Source of the DNA: Camelus ferus
Taxonomy: Eukaryota
DNA length: 64,000 nucleotides
Reading direction: 5' to 3'
NCBI RefSeq assembly: GCF_009834535.1
Contig: NC_045697.1
Coordinates: forward strand, 41,728,001-41,792,000
Shown: piece after piece, positions 37,501-51,337 of the stretch
How the letters are laid out: each line of letters begins with the position of its first letter
How positions within the stretch are numbered: the stretch's first letter is position 1
Notes under the pieces: generated by a model
The model's input: the letters and a program-made list of their open reading frames with translations, nothing else
Database searches by the model: none
What the model was told of the DNA's origin: nothing
Translations under genes and position numbers: made by a program

Positions 37501-40500
37501 ATAAGTGCTGTCAGTTACAAAATTAATTAACACTTTTAAAAGTGAGTTAATATGGCCCTGGTGACTTGGGACCCAAGGTTCAATGTCATATCCAAATTTA
37601 ACTTAGAAGTAACACTCAAATGCACATGATACATTCTTGTACTATAAGTGACACTAATATTGTTCAGACTCTTAAGATCTATGTTATGAAACAAAGTTTT
37701 TCCCATAAACTCTTCCTATAGAAACTAAATCTGTGGTCAATAGAGCTACAAAGATTTTTGTATTAAACTAAGATCGTATTCATATCAATAATGTATATAA
37801 TTGCTTAGAATAAGTATTGACCTAAGGAATTATTTGAAAATTACTAATACTAAAGAGATTATAGACAGCCTGTCTGCAAACATTCTAAGTGTGCGCGTGT
37901 GTATCTATATGCTATATATACATATATGCACATACTACACACATACAGGTACTACATACATATACAGATATATTTTGCTCTTTTTAAAGTTTTTTAAAAA
38001 CATCCAGTTGGTTTTATGGTATGAAGAAAATTAATCAAGGCTGTCTTTGATTGTATATGTTGGACTGTGTTCTCTCTCCTCGGTGCTAGCAGATCTTCAT
38101 TGTATTTTTTTTATAACTGTCTCAAGAGAAAACTCAAGCCTTTGAGGTTCCACAGAGCATCTCTAGCTGCCAATGGATGAAGCAGTTAGTTTGCTATTTT
38201 TAATAAACACAGGCATTCCTAATCTAGATTGGGAGTCATGGTGGGGTAATATCCACGCATTAACACTTTCTCTAGCTGTTCTGTGAAACGTAACTTCCTA
38301 AATTCATGAAGTATAAAATATATGCCAGGAAATGCAGGAATGATTAAAAAGATTAGAAGACGTTGTCGATTCAGACGACCTATTTTCAGGTGGATATAAA
38401 GAAACTACTCCCAGTAAAAGATACAAAAAAAAAATCATTTACATACATCTTCAAATTATACTTAACAAATAGTACTTATTTTTCACTGGATTATGTGACT
38501 GTATTTTGAGAGAAGGGGACTAAGAACTTCTTGCTGACCTCACATTTCCCCCAGGGATGGCTCAGAAATAAAGACAACTGAGAGGAATAATACACATTCT
38601 CTAAGTAAACTATGGTTATGCAACTGTCTAATTGGATGTAAACGGTGATCTTCCATTTCTTGCTAAAATGGGATATGCTGTCTTTCCTAACATTTCACTC
38701 CTGATGTACAGACGTGAAGGGTTCTTTCATGGAGGGTGTGCATTTCTCCACTAGCTTTCATGTCTTTACATTAGTACTTGTAAGTACCTGAGACCTTATT
38801 ACGTAGCCCTTTCTTGCTTCAGTTGTACCCGGGACTTCAAGTGTTACAGGTTGTAATTTCAGTTTCATATGGGCTCCAAAATCTTGGCAAACAGTTAATG
38901 AACTTGACTTAGCTAAAATAGAGAAGTTACAGCTGTATTTAGTTGCTTTACAATTTTATGTTGTCTACCTACATATTTTTCCCTTTACTAAACTCTGTAG
39001 ATGGAGTTTCACGAAAAACAAAGTAAATGTGATCATTATAGTACATTCAACAATTAGTTGTTTTCTAGAGATTTCAGATTATGCAGTCAAGAATTTTCCA
39101 GAGAAGCATTATTGATGTTCTGATGCTGACGGGGTGTATTTATGCTAAAAATATATTTAAAATTTCCCCAACAGCATTTAAAATCCATATACGTAATTTA
39201 GTATTTCCATTTTTTAATAAAAAATAAAACAGAGCTAAACATCACAAATAATTTTTCTAGATAATCAAGACTAAATAGCAACCAAAGTTTCCTTAATGTA
39301 TCTTTTTTTTTTTATTATTAATGTGTCTTTAACACTGATCCTTTTGCATGTTGCCCACTTCCTTTTGTAACCATCACAAGCTCGGAAAATTCTGATTATC
39401 TGATTCTAGGATAAACCACAAAGGTTACAAACATTCTTTGCCAGAAAAGTGATTTTCTTCCAATAAAGTCAATAAGGTTGAAAAGAAAACCTTGGTGCCT
39501 TAAGAAGGAGATGAGAATAGAGGCCCAGTTTTACGCTGTTGAATCTCTATCTCATAGTGTTATCTAACTCACAAATATTTTCTAGTATATCCAGGTGGAT
39601 CTACAAATTAACACCCAAACTGTTCAGGTCTATGCAAAACTTGTTCCTTCTCTGAACACTTCAACCATCTCTTATTACAACACAAAAGCATTCTTTACTT
39701 ATGAGCTAAATGATACAATTTCAGTTTATTAATATGTATATATTGGGGGGAAGGATAAACGTTTTAAAAGAATCCAGTTATATATTTTTGTGGATTTCAA
39801 ATTAAACTGCTGGCATGCTCCTTGTTGGAAAGTATACTTTGCTACCACATGTATGTACATTTATATATTATATTCATGCTGTTTCTTACTTGGACTATTT
39901 TTAAGAAAGGTCAGTGTAAGTGGGAAGAGAGGCAAACAAAATTATATTGAGAAGAAGTTAGGAGTTTTGTTTTTATTTTTGTGTTTTGTGATAAATCAAA
40001 ATCTAGTTATACTTTCAAAGTATAATGCATCCGTATTCAGGAGCACTTATGGAGTACAAAACAAACAGAGGTACTGGTTTAAGTTAGAGCTGTGGCTTTT
40101 ATGAAATTGTGTTCCCATTCATAAGATTATGACTCTACATTATCACCAATAGTTTTGCCCTAGTTGACAAAAATGATACTTTAACAGGATTTGAGAAGTT
40201 GTTTTAAAACACAACAGTTTTCAAATTTCCTGAATTCTAATCTATGAAAATAAGCGCATGAATTGCCTACTTACCGAGACACCAGAAATACTTGCACTCT
40301 TTTATCCAACAAATGTGTTCAAAATATATGCCTTGTATCCATTTACTCAACAAAGATTTATCAAATGCCTGCATCGTGTCAGACGTTTTTCTAGGTGCTA
40401 GGGTTAGGAAAGGTGCTCAAGAGTCAGAAAATTCTTTACTTTGAGCTCATACTCTAGTTATCCATGTAGAGTTTTCCTTTATGAAGTCAGAGTTTTAAAT

Positions 40501-40714
40501 GTGTTGGCCACAATGAGAGCCTCATGAGTACGTCTATGCCTGTTCTTGTGATATCACAGAAGTTCACTTCAATCCTGGATATTCCCAGAATATTATGGCT
40601 GCTTTTTTTTTTTTTTAGCAATTTTTCAACAATTTCCTCATAATAAATTATCAAGATAACCAGAAAAAAATCAAACATTTAAAAACTATATGCCTCCTAA
40701 TGTATGAATGACTC

Positions 40715-41462
40715 ACAAGCACATAAAAAGATAGAAAACATCAGTAGTCATTAAGGAAATGCAGACTAAAACAACAACGAGATACCATTTCACACCCACT
40801 AGAATGGCTAGGAGAAAAAACTGGAATACATAGATTGCTGGTAGAAATATAAAATGTTGCAACCAATTGGGGACACAGTTTGGCAACTCCTCAAATGTTA
40901 AACGTAGATATGACCCAGCAATACCACTTCTAAGTGTACACCCAAGAGAAATGAAAACTTATGACCACACAAAAACTTGTACATGCATGTTCACAGCAGC
41001 ATTATTCGTAAAAGCCAAAAATCAGAAACAACTGCAATATCTACCAAGTGATGAGTGAACAAACTCCAGTATATCCACAAAGTAAAGTTCTATTCATCAA
41101 TCCAAAGCAGCAAACTACTAATACACGTTGACACGTGGACAAACCTCAAAAGTATTGTGCTAAGTAAATAAAGCTGATACAAGAAACCATATACTGAATA
41201 ATTCTATTTTTACAAAGTGTTCAGAAAAGGGAGAAATCTATAGAGACAGAAAGTATGTTAGTGGTTGCCTGAGGAGGTTACCGCTGAGAATAACGGTAAA
41301 TGGCATTGGAGATGCTATTTGAGTGATGAAAATGTTCTAAAACTAATACATGGCAATGGTTGCATAACTTGGTAAATTTGTTAAAAATCATTGAATTGTA
41401 CCCTTGAAATGGATGAATTGCATGGTATGTACAACATGACTCAGTAAGTTTATTTCAGAAAA
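40715..41462 (+). mobile_element. L1 ORF2 end/3' UTR (L1MB-like)
   Basis: catcagtagtcattaaggaaatgca; gataccatttcacacccactagaatggcta; atatgacccagcaataccact; aatcattgaattgtacccttgaaatggatgaatt. Confidence 0.8.
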
Positions 41463-44400
41463 TATGTATCTCAAAGGGATGTCCTTTCACCAAGCTCATG
41501 CAAGAATATTTACTTATAAGACACACAAAAACACACTTTTAGAACGTAAAACCTTACAGACATCTTATTTCCTTCAGTAGGAATTGCTATGGAGATTTCA
41601 AAAAAGAAATGAAGACATCCTGAATTAAAACACTGAAGATTTTACAATTAAGCACTAGCTTCTGTACTACATAGATTCAAGCATATCACTTTTTCTTATA
41701 TAAAATGTTAAACTCATCCTCATTGACATCATGATACTAGCAATGACAATAAGTGTGCTAAGTGTCTTATTCACATTGTACCATTTACTCCTGGTGTTTT
41801 TGTTCCATTTTGCTTTATTTTTAAGTGCATAACTACAACTCTGGGGAGGTTAAGCATAATTTCCATTTTACATATGAGGAAACTAGGAGTTTGGAGAAGT
41901 TAAGTAACAAGTCTCAGACTTTTAACATAGGTAGTAAATGGTACCTGTCTCTCCTCAAAGCCTAAACTCATCCTACACTGCTTCCTTGCAAATAAGTACA
42001 CAAATGTCAATGGATAGATATGCCACATACTGGGAAGCTTCTTGGTTAATTGGCTATTTTTATTCATCACTCAATCAGGTTTCAGGGAAGTAAGCTCAAA
42101 TTTATTCAAAGCTAAATTGAAAGGGAAGTGAAATTCATGTCCCCAGCTTCAGATGTACAAGCTCTTTAGATACATCACCAAGAGAGTGAGCACAATGGAA
42201 CATGACAGATGTCTAGCTAACAACCTGTCCTACATGAAATATTTAGTATGCATCCATTCGGATGAGTGCTTTGCACATATGAAATATTTGCCTTTAAAGC
42301 TTATTAATTTTTCAGACCTTGATATGTTTACAAGAGGGTTTCATGGAACCCTTGCAAGTTACACCCATTGTTCAAATTAGATAAGAAGCCAAGCATTCAG
42401 GGAAGTAGGCCTGTCAGTCCTATTGAAGAGTGATCTGACTATTTCCCAGACTGTGGGCTATCCCAAGTCCAGTGCCACACGGGAAGAACATTACATCCTA
42501 TTACACAGTAGGAGCACTAGTCCATTTTCCATTGCCTTCCAATCCTCCCAATTATATCAAGTAGGAAGCCCCAGCTGGGGATGAGAGAAGTGCTCAAGTG
42601 GTACTAGCACCTGCCAATCCCCATTTTCATCAGATAAACAGAGATTCCAAGGGTCAGAGTCTTCCCAAAGCAGCTGTGTTCAGATGCCATTTAATAACAT
42701 GCTTTGCTGTCATTGCATTTATGCATATCAACCTTGTATTTATGGCAAGTGGTGCTGGTTTTCAACTAAAAATAATATCAAGTTCCTTTCACAACAAAAT
42801 TGTTTTAAAAAACAGTGAAAAAGTTTAAAGAAAAATATCAGTAAGCCAAGTACAGGTGTTTTACAACGATGGCTAAAATCATGGTGGTCCTATGTAAATG
42901 ACGGAAGTTTGAGAAGTACTGTAAGATGATGGTTATCAACCTTGTCAAGCCATCATAACATCTAAGAATTGCATCAAAAATAGGAACATTAAGAGTTACC
43001 ATGGCTAAATATCTAGTTGCTCAGGACTTTTGAGGGCTAGGCCCTATCTGCACTTCAGAGGATCATTTACGTTGCTGGAAACAGGTAGCCAGTTTGCTAC
43101 TTACACATTCAGAGCGTGCGTTAGACAAACACCTGGGAGTCTGTCCTTTGCTCTTCCAACCCTTTACCTAGTCACATGCCTTCAAGCTATCACTTCCTTT
43201 CTTCACTTTCCTCCATCAACCCGATCTTTTATTTACACTATGATACAAAAGCTCTATACCCATAGTGTGCTATCAAACTCCCCAGTGTTTGAGTTTTTCC
43301 ATGGATCAAAAGATAAAGGTGCAGGGATGTACTTTTCAAGCCATTCTAAAGTTTCAGACTCATTTTAGCAGATGGGAAATTGTATATTTCACACATAAAC
43401 TGTATACCCTAGAAAGTGATTTATCTTTCAGAGTAGTGAAAGACATGCTTGGCCCAGTCAGAACTAATGTGCTGCTTCCAATAATGCCAGGAGATTGATT
43501 TATTTCCCCATTTCATATATGAGAAAACCGAGGCACATCACTTCAAATGAGCAGTTTCCCTTTAACCCACACTCCTGCAGCCCATAGTCTGGTTACTATT
43601 TCCAAGGCTATGGTCAGAGCACCATGCATATAAGAATTACATGGGGATTTGCTTGAAATGCTGATTCCTAGGTATCCTCCAACCCTTTAAATCAGAATGA
43701 GAGTCAGTGGGGTCCAGGCATCTGAATCTTGAGATCTCTCTCTGGGCCATTCTTATACAAACTAATGTTTGAGACTCTCTACTGTCTCTGCAGTGCTCCG
43801 CCTTTCAGGTTCACCTTCTATAACTCAGAGCAGTCATGCTCAAAGCTGTATTGCTCCCCAGAGGGTAAAATTAAAATATGCATCTGGCTTTTCTGTCTCC
43901 AAAATTTTAGAGTTGTTTTTTCATTTTATCCCTGTAGACTTGCAGTTTGTTAGTGATTCTAAGTCAGTCACCAAAACAAGTAAAAAATAAGCACAATGAG
44001 AGAAGAGGAGGAGGGACAAGGGCAGAACGAGCTCAGAGGAAGGGAGGGCAGCTGGGGTACCTCGGACAGCAGCTGTTTTATGGGATTCTTGGACACAGAG
44101 TGCAAAACCACTGGCTTCTCCAGCCACAGCCCTTGCTCTTGAACGCTGGGTTGTAAGTGCATAGTTCTTTTGTTGCTGAGCAATTAACGCGTGGGTGGTG
44201 ACACCCATGTGGCCATTTTTCACCCTACCTTCCCGGCTCTTCCAAACTGTATCCGAACAGCTGATGCCATCTGGAGAGCTTTGGAAACGAAATAATACTT
44301 GGCTTCCAATCTCACTTTACACATTTTGTATTTAACTTTTGTCCCGTCAAAGTGGGAAATTTAATATAAAATGTTATATTTTCATTTGTTTTCACTTCAA

Positions 44401-46035
44401 AACAGAAATAATGAAGAAATGAATGGTTAGGAACTCCGACATCTGTTGTTTGTTACAGCTGACATAAACTTATTAAGTACAAATTTTTTCAGGTCAGTGA
44501 TAATGACCTTTCTCACAAAATTCACTTTGGTCAAGGAGTCTGTGGGAATGCGTCCTCTAACTGTAGGAACAGTAAGTCACGCATACGTGAAAATCAAACT
44601 TGAACCTCAGCACTAGGAAAACAGCATTTGCTATTATTAAGGAAGAGCAGGAAGTGCATGGTTTCATAAAAGCCAGCACGTGCACCTGCAATCTCTCTAA
44701 ATTCAAGTAGCGTGTGCTCCAAATTTCTTTTTCTCAAACTGTCTTTTTTTCTCTCCCCTAAGATAAAATATTTCTTCTCAATCAAATATGAAACATGAAC
44801 TTCCAAGCAGATTCATAGCTTCAAAAGCACAGGCTGATTTATGAATGCAGACACTCATCAGCATAGGACTGATGTAGGCAAACACTGAAAAGAACAGAAG
44901 CAGAGTTAAATAAATCCTATATAACAATATAATGAATTATTATATTCTCCTTGAAATCAGGATTGCGAAAACAACTCAGTGACATGGGAAGTTGTTTATG
45001 ACCGATATAATGTTAACAAGAAAAGGCAAGATGTAAAAAACTATGCAATTCCAATATTTGTATGTATACATAAATGTATTTGGATATATCAATATATTTA
45101 AGTCTCTACATATCTACTTACTTATATATATAGCAAGAACTTTCTGGATGTTTAATTTTGAAATGTTTATCTTTCCTTCTTCTAGTTGTCTATGTTCTAA
45201 ATTATATACAAAATGTTATACCTTAAAATATGGTTTTAATGATATTTACATTAAATTTTAATAACACTTTATACTTTAATAATTCTAAAATGTTATTAAA
45301 AAGTTTACTTTAAAATTCAAATTTTAGGGCTTAGCATTAGAGCTACAATAATATGGGGTCTTAAATTAAATTAATTAAAATTAGAGATTATCTTTGCAGA
45401 ATTCCTGTAAGAATTTCTTTCCAGACTTTAATAAATACAAAGATGAAAGCTAAATCTCTTAAATAACACATAAGCTTTATTAGAATAAACAAGGGAAAAT
45501 ATTTATTCATTCTTACTCTTTAACATATTTCACAAAGAAAAATTTCTGTACTTTGCTTTATATCCTAATAGCTAGTCCAAACACTATGCAATCTGTACTT
45601 TTTAATAGATTCTTTTAAAAATCATTTTGATGGTGAACATGGGTGAGATTAACTTGAACTAGCAAATGTTCCCAGGCAGTTTATCTTCATATCCCCAAGT
45701 TGAAACCTGAGTGAGGACCTGGTCATGCAAAATTTTAAACTTAGCCAACTGACTCAAAAAGCAGGTGGGGCAGAACACCCTACTTGGATGCATTTCTGAA
45801 AATCACCTCACTCTCCTTGGGAAATTATGGATCATTTATTCCCTAGCAGTGTAGTTTACAATTACATTTGGCCCCAAATATGTTACTCTTGCCTTCTTAT
45901 TTCACTGTCCATGGATCTGGGAATTCTTTTTTCTTTAAATCAGCAGAATCCTGTAATTTGCGTATGTGCTTCTCTAAGACTGAGAGACTCAAGCTTGACT
46001 ATTTATCAAAACAAGCATATTCAGATCACCAGAGT

Positions 46036-47339
46036 TTGATACTGTGATATATTTTAGTTTTCATCTCTAGCTCCAGGTCAGAACTCCTAAAAACCTTGTA
46101 ATTTCTTAAATGATAAGAATAATAGAGGAGGCCAAGATGGTGGAGCAGAAGGATGCTCATAGCTCACCTTCTCCCACGAGTACACCAAGACTGACATCCA
46201 CGGACCCACCCAGCTGCTCAGAGCACCTGCTGAACTTTGACAGAACATTGCCTCTTCAAGAGACAAAATTCTCCACAAATCTGATACACAAGTTTATACT
46301 GTATAGCACAGGGAACTATATTCGATACCTTGTAGTAGCTTATGGTGAAAAGGACTATGAAAATGAATATATGTATATTCGATGTCTTGTAGTAGCTTAT
46401 GGTGAAAAAGAATATGAAAATGATATATGTATATTTATGTATGACTGAAGCATTGTGCTGCACACCAGAAATTGACACAATATTGTAAACTGACTATACT
46501 TCAATAAAAAACAGTAAAAAAAAAAAGAGTAATAGAAATATCTTTTTAATTTTGGAACAAGAAAGGTGAAAGGAAAGTCTTTGTTATTCACAACAAGCCT
46601 CTTGCAACCACACAGGAGTTTATGTTAACGAAGTGACTTTGAGAAAGCTCCTAAAGATGATGCGGGGTGGGAGGGGTGAAGGGTGATGATGGAGGAGAAA
46701 ATAATCACAGCATTACATGGCTGGACTTCAGCCCCACCTTCAGTCTGGGTGGGGGAGGGGAAGAGGGGCTGGAAATTCAGCACAATCACCAATGACCAGG
46801 GATTTAACCAATGTTACATGCCTGTGTAATAAAGCTCTCATAAAAATTTCCTCACTGAAGGGATGCAAAAAGCTTCTAGGTTAGGAGGGTAGCACATAAG
46901 ATGAGGGATGGAAGCTCTGTGCCCTTCCCCATACCTGCCCTATGCATCTCTTTCATCTGGCTGTTCCTGAATTGTATCCTTTTGTAGGAATCCAGTAATC
47001 TAGTAACTGAACTGTTTTCCTGAGTTCTATGAGCTGTTTTAGCAAAAGACTGAACTCAAGGAACCTCTGATTTATAGCTGGTTGGTTAGAAATACAGGTG
47101 ACAACCTGGGACTTGTGATTGGTGCTTGAAGTGAGAGAGGGGACAGTCTTGTAGAAGTGAGCCCAAAACCTGTGGGGTCTGCACTAACTCTGGGCAGTTA
47201 GTGCCAGAACTGATTAAATCATAGGGCACTCAATGGGTGTCCATCAAAAATTAGAGATTGCTTTTGTGGGAAACGCACACATTTGGTGTCAGGAGTGTTC
47301 TGTGGCTGAAGTAATAGAAAATGTTAGTTTTCCCTCACA
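46036..47339 (+). mobile_element. MER21-type ERVL solo LTR, inserted in an L2 and interrupted by a short L1-derived element
   Basis: tgatactgtgatatatt...ttcagccccacc...ggaagctctgtgcccttccccatacctgccctatgcatctc...ttttcctgagttctatgagctg...cacacatttggtgtca...tccctcaCA. Flanked by gagt at 46032-46035 and 47340-47343. Confidence 0.8.
46127..46524 (+). mobile_element. 398-bp bipartite L1 retrocopy: L1 5' terminus fused to L1 3' UTR end and poly(A), with TSD
   Basis: 5' part 46127-46283 (ggaggccaagatggtggagcagaaggatgc...aaatctg); 3' part 46284-46524 matches the other L1 3' ends in the window. TSD aagaataataga (46115-46126) / aagagtaataga (46525-46536). Confidence 0.85.
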
Positions 47340-47343
47340 GAGT

Positions 47344-47867
47344 GACCTTTTCTATTTAATCTGTAAATAAAATTATTCCATTTGCTTGTGAAATATCCTT
47401 CAATGGATTTCCATTTCACTCAGAATAAAAACAAAATTTCTTACTATAACCTACAGGGCTCTACAGGATCAACCTCCTTCACCACATCTCCCGGGACTGT
47501 ACTCATGGTTCATTGTATTCCAGCCACAACGGCCTTCTTTACGTTCTTCAAACAAGCTGAGCTGATCCTGTCCCAAGGCCTTTGTACCTGCTGTGCTACC
47601 TGCACGGAGCCTCTCCCATGTCTTAGGTTTGGCAAACTTCCTGTTATTCACACACACACACTATAGCCTCAGGAAGATGTGTGTCGCCACTCCTTCACCC
47701 ACTAATACATTAGCACATCATCCTAATCACTCTATGAAATTATTCTTGTACTGACTGTTGTTTATCTGCCCACCACTACTAATGCAAACGCCGGAAGAAG
47801 TGAACCTTGTCTTTTTTCATCTAGAACAATGTCTAAGACACAGTAAACACTCCTAAAGATGAATGAA
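47344..47867 (+). mobile_element. L2 3' fragment
   Basis: ttcaatggatttccatttcactcagaataaaa...cagccacaacggccttct...tagaacaatgtctaagacacagtaaacactc...gaatgaatga (L2 3' terminus). Confidence 0.7.
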
Positions 47868-50800
47868 TGAGACAGATCATCTCCAAAGGTGACTGTCGAT
47901 AATTTGTCCCATCCTATACTTACATGCCACTCTTTCATCAAGGAGTCAATTTTTAGTCCCTTTTAATTTAAGCTGGCCTTATGACTTACTTTTGACCAAC
48001 AGCATTCAGTGGACGTGATATTGATGCCAGTTCTGAGCCTCGCCCTTAAGCCCAGCCCTTAATAAGCCTCGCAGTTTCCACGCTTATTGTCTGTGAGTCT
48101 TGAAACACTGTGTAAAGAGTTCTAGCAATTGGCTGAAGAGACAAGTCCTGAAGGCATATAAGACTGCAAAGAGAAAGAGAGAGGCCAACCAGCCCTCGGC
48201 CGGTTCAGCTGGCCCAGCTTAGGCACCAGACTCGGAAGGAGGCTGTAGGACACTGCGGCTGCACTAGACTGCGGCGACCAACACCACGCAGAACAGGGGC
48301 AAGGTGTCCCTGTCGAGCAACATCCAATTGCAGAATCGGAAAAATGAAAAAAAGTTTGGAGTGGTTTGCTGTGCAGCAACAGATAATTGACACCAGAAAT
48401 TTGATGCCGCTACAGTAAAATCTGACATACATGGTATTGGCTTTGGAACCAGGCAGATTCTGGACAGTCAGTGAGGAAACTATTAGTAAGAGCTGGAAGA
48501 GCGATGAGAAAGTTGCTCTTAGAGGCTAGAGAGAAGTAAATGCTTATCAAGCAGTGGTGAAAAAATTAGCTACACTATTAGCTGCAGTAACTTGGAACAC
48601 AACAAATGATCCTGGTGAGGCTAAAGAAGGAACTGTTCAACTTTGAAGAGTTGAGAGAACCTCCAGTGGCCTCAGGACAGTAGCTCCAGGTGGTAAAGGA
48701 TTCTTAAAGCAAGAAATGGCCATAGAGCCAGGATAAAATCCAGGTGCTGTCCATGAAATATGACCCAAAGGTAGAGACCTTCATGTACCTTTATGTTGGA
48801 TGTGACTGTGAAACCCCTTGTTAAAACCTCTGAAAGACTTCAGGTAGCACCTCACAGATTCTCTCACCATTTCAGAAGGATTTAGAAGCATCTTAAGATT
48901 GCTTAACAACATACCAACTCATGGACATGCACATGGAAAGGCCTGACGTAAAGAGATACATGGGTGTGACTTCGTCTCAGCAAGTGGAGTATAATTCGAT
49001 ACCTACAAGTTTTTTAAAGGAATTATGGCAACTTGGAATAAAAGAGACAATCAGTTCAAAAGGAATAGAAGCTTTGAGCAAATACCAACTACTCTGAGCT
49101 AAGAAGACAGACTGTAGTTCAGGGAAGTTGAAGAGGCTAGTGGCTAGCATTTCTGATGCAGACTGCTGAAAAGGAGAGAGTTTGGCAAAAAAAAGAAAGA
49201 CTTTTTGAAATCTACACGTAGGTCTTCTTGAGTCTATCTAAATACCAAAACAAGCATGCAGAGGGTACAACACCAGTAGGGCTAAACTAAGAACAACTAT
49301 CAGAGAATGAACAACCACCAGGAATAAGAGAACAGAAGAGAAAAAAAAAAAAAAAAAAAAGGAGAAAATCAATGACATTAAAACTGGTTCTTTTAAAAGT
49401 TTAATGAAATTTATAACACACTAGCTAGATTAAGGAAAAAAGATGTCACAAATTGCTCATATCATAAGTAAAAGAGGGGAAATCATTAAAGGTCTACAGA
49501 CATTTCAGGAAAAAAAGAAAGGAAAAAGGAACATGGTGAACAACTTCACAACAATGAATTTGGAAAGTTATATGGACTGAACAAATTTTATTAAAGATAG
49601 AAATTACCAAATCTGGCACAAGAAGAATTAGAAAAGGTATACCTGAAGTCTTTCCCACAAAGATAACGTCTGGACTTGATGGTGTTGCTGGTAAATTTTG
49701 CCCAAGACTTATGGAGGAAATAATACAAACTACACATACTCTTTCAGAAAACAGAGGTAGAGAAACACCTTCCGACTAATTCTGAGGCCAGAATTTCTTT
49801 GATAACAAAACTAGTCAAAGACATTACAAGAAAAGAAATTGATAGGTCAATAGCCCTGGTGGATATAGGTCTAAAACTATCAACAAATCACTTCCAAGTC
49901 AGATACAGCAATATATTAAAAGGGTAATACATTACAACCAAATATGGCTTATCCTAGGAATGCAAAATTGCTTTAACACTTGAAAATCAGTCAGTGCAAT
50001 TTACTACATTAACATAACACAGAGGAAGAATCAGATAATTTCCGCAATACATGCAAACATAGTGGATTTGATAAAATTCAATTCTCATTCATTATTAAAA
50101 GTGTCAGCAAACTAGAAATAAAAGATCATTTACAAACCTGATAAAGGGCATCTACACAAAACCTACAACTACCATCATGCCTCATAGTAAAAGACTAAAA
50201 ACTCCTCTCCACATGTAAGTATGCCACTCACTACTATTGCAGAAGAGGTCTTAGCAAGTACAAAAAGTCAAGGAAAGAGAATACAAGGCTTACATATTGA
50301 AAAGGAAGAAATAAAACTCTTATTATATACAGTCAATGATCTTGTATACAGGAAATCCTAAGGGATCTTAAAAAAAAGAAACTCTCTAGAACTCATAAAT
50401 GAATTTGCCAAGTTTGCAGGACATAAGAGCTCTCTATAAAAACATCATATTTGTATAATTTAGCAGTGAGTAATTAGAAAATTAAATATAAAACAATTAT
50501 TATTTGTAGGAACATTTATAAACATTAAATACTTAAGGATAAATTTAACAAAATGGAGTAAGACTTTACATTGAAAATTATGAAACATTGTTGAAATACA
50601 AAAAGGTCTAATGAAATGTAGGGATGGGCTGTGTTCATGAATTAGAAGATTTCATATTTTTAAGATATTAATTTTCTCCTAATTGATTTCTAGGTTCAGT
50701 GAAATTTCTTTCAAAATCCTAATAGGCTTGTTTGTAGAAATTGACAAGCTTATACTATTTTTATAGAGATATAAATAACCTAGAATATTTTTTAAAAAAT

Positions 50801-51337
50801 CTTGAAAACAAAGTTAGAGGATTTACCCCACTTGATTTTTAGACTTTAAAGAGGTAGTGATTTTCTCCTTAAACAGTCTCCTACAGATCTTTCCTCCTCT
50901 GTGTATGCCTGCCACTTCTTTCCATTAAGTTTTGGAGTTTATTTTCCTTCCCCTTGAATCCAGGCTGGCCCTGTTTTGTGACTTGCTTTGACCAATGCAA
51001 TGTTTACAAGCTTCTAGCTTCACTCGGAATCCTCAACCATCATGTTAACGGGTCTGACTAATCTCTAGAGATAAAGGTGGCATGAAGGGAAGCTCTATTG
51101 GATGTGAGACTACAAAGAGAGAGAGAAAGGACCACGCAGCCTCCAGCCATTTTAGTCACCTCAGACAGGGCTCCAGATGTGTGAATGAAGTCATCTTGGA
51201 TTCATGCGTAGGAGAAATGAGCACACTCTGGCCAAGTCCTGCCTAAGTTGCTGATTTCCGAGCAAATGATTGGCTGTTACTGCTTATGCTGTAAAGTTCA
51301 CGGGTGGTTCAATACACCATTGTAGAAACCGGAAACC
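47868..51337 (+). mobile_element. MLT1G/H-type MaLR remnants (LTR ~47868-48393, internal sequence to ~49130, second LTR ~50853-51337) separated by an old L1
   Basis: Two LTR-like blocks share gctggcc(c)t..tgactt(a/g)ct(t)ttgaccaa and end in tttggagtggtttg...agataattgaca / gggtggttc...agaaaccggaaa. MLT-internal-like catggtattggctttggaacc follows the first LTR. Confidence 0.6.
49140..50850 (+). mobile_element. Old L1 ORF2 fragment
   Basis: cagaaaacagaggtagagaaacacctt; caaaactagtcaaagacattacaagaaaagaaa; cagcaaactagaaata; aaaaggaagaaataaaactct; gtagaaattgacaagct. Confidence 0.75.
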
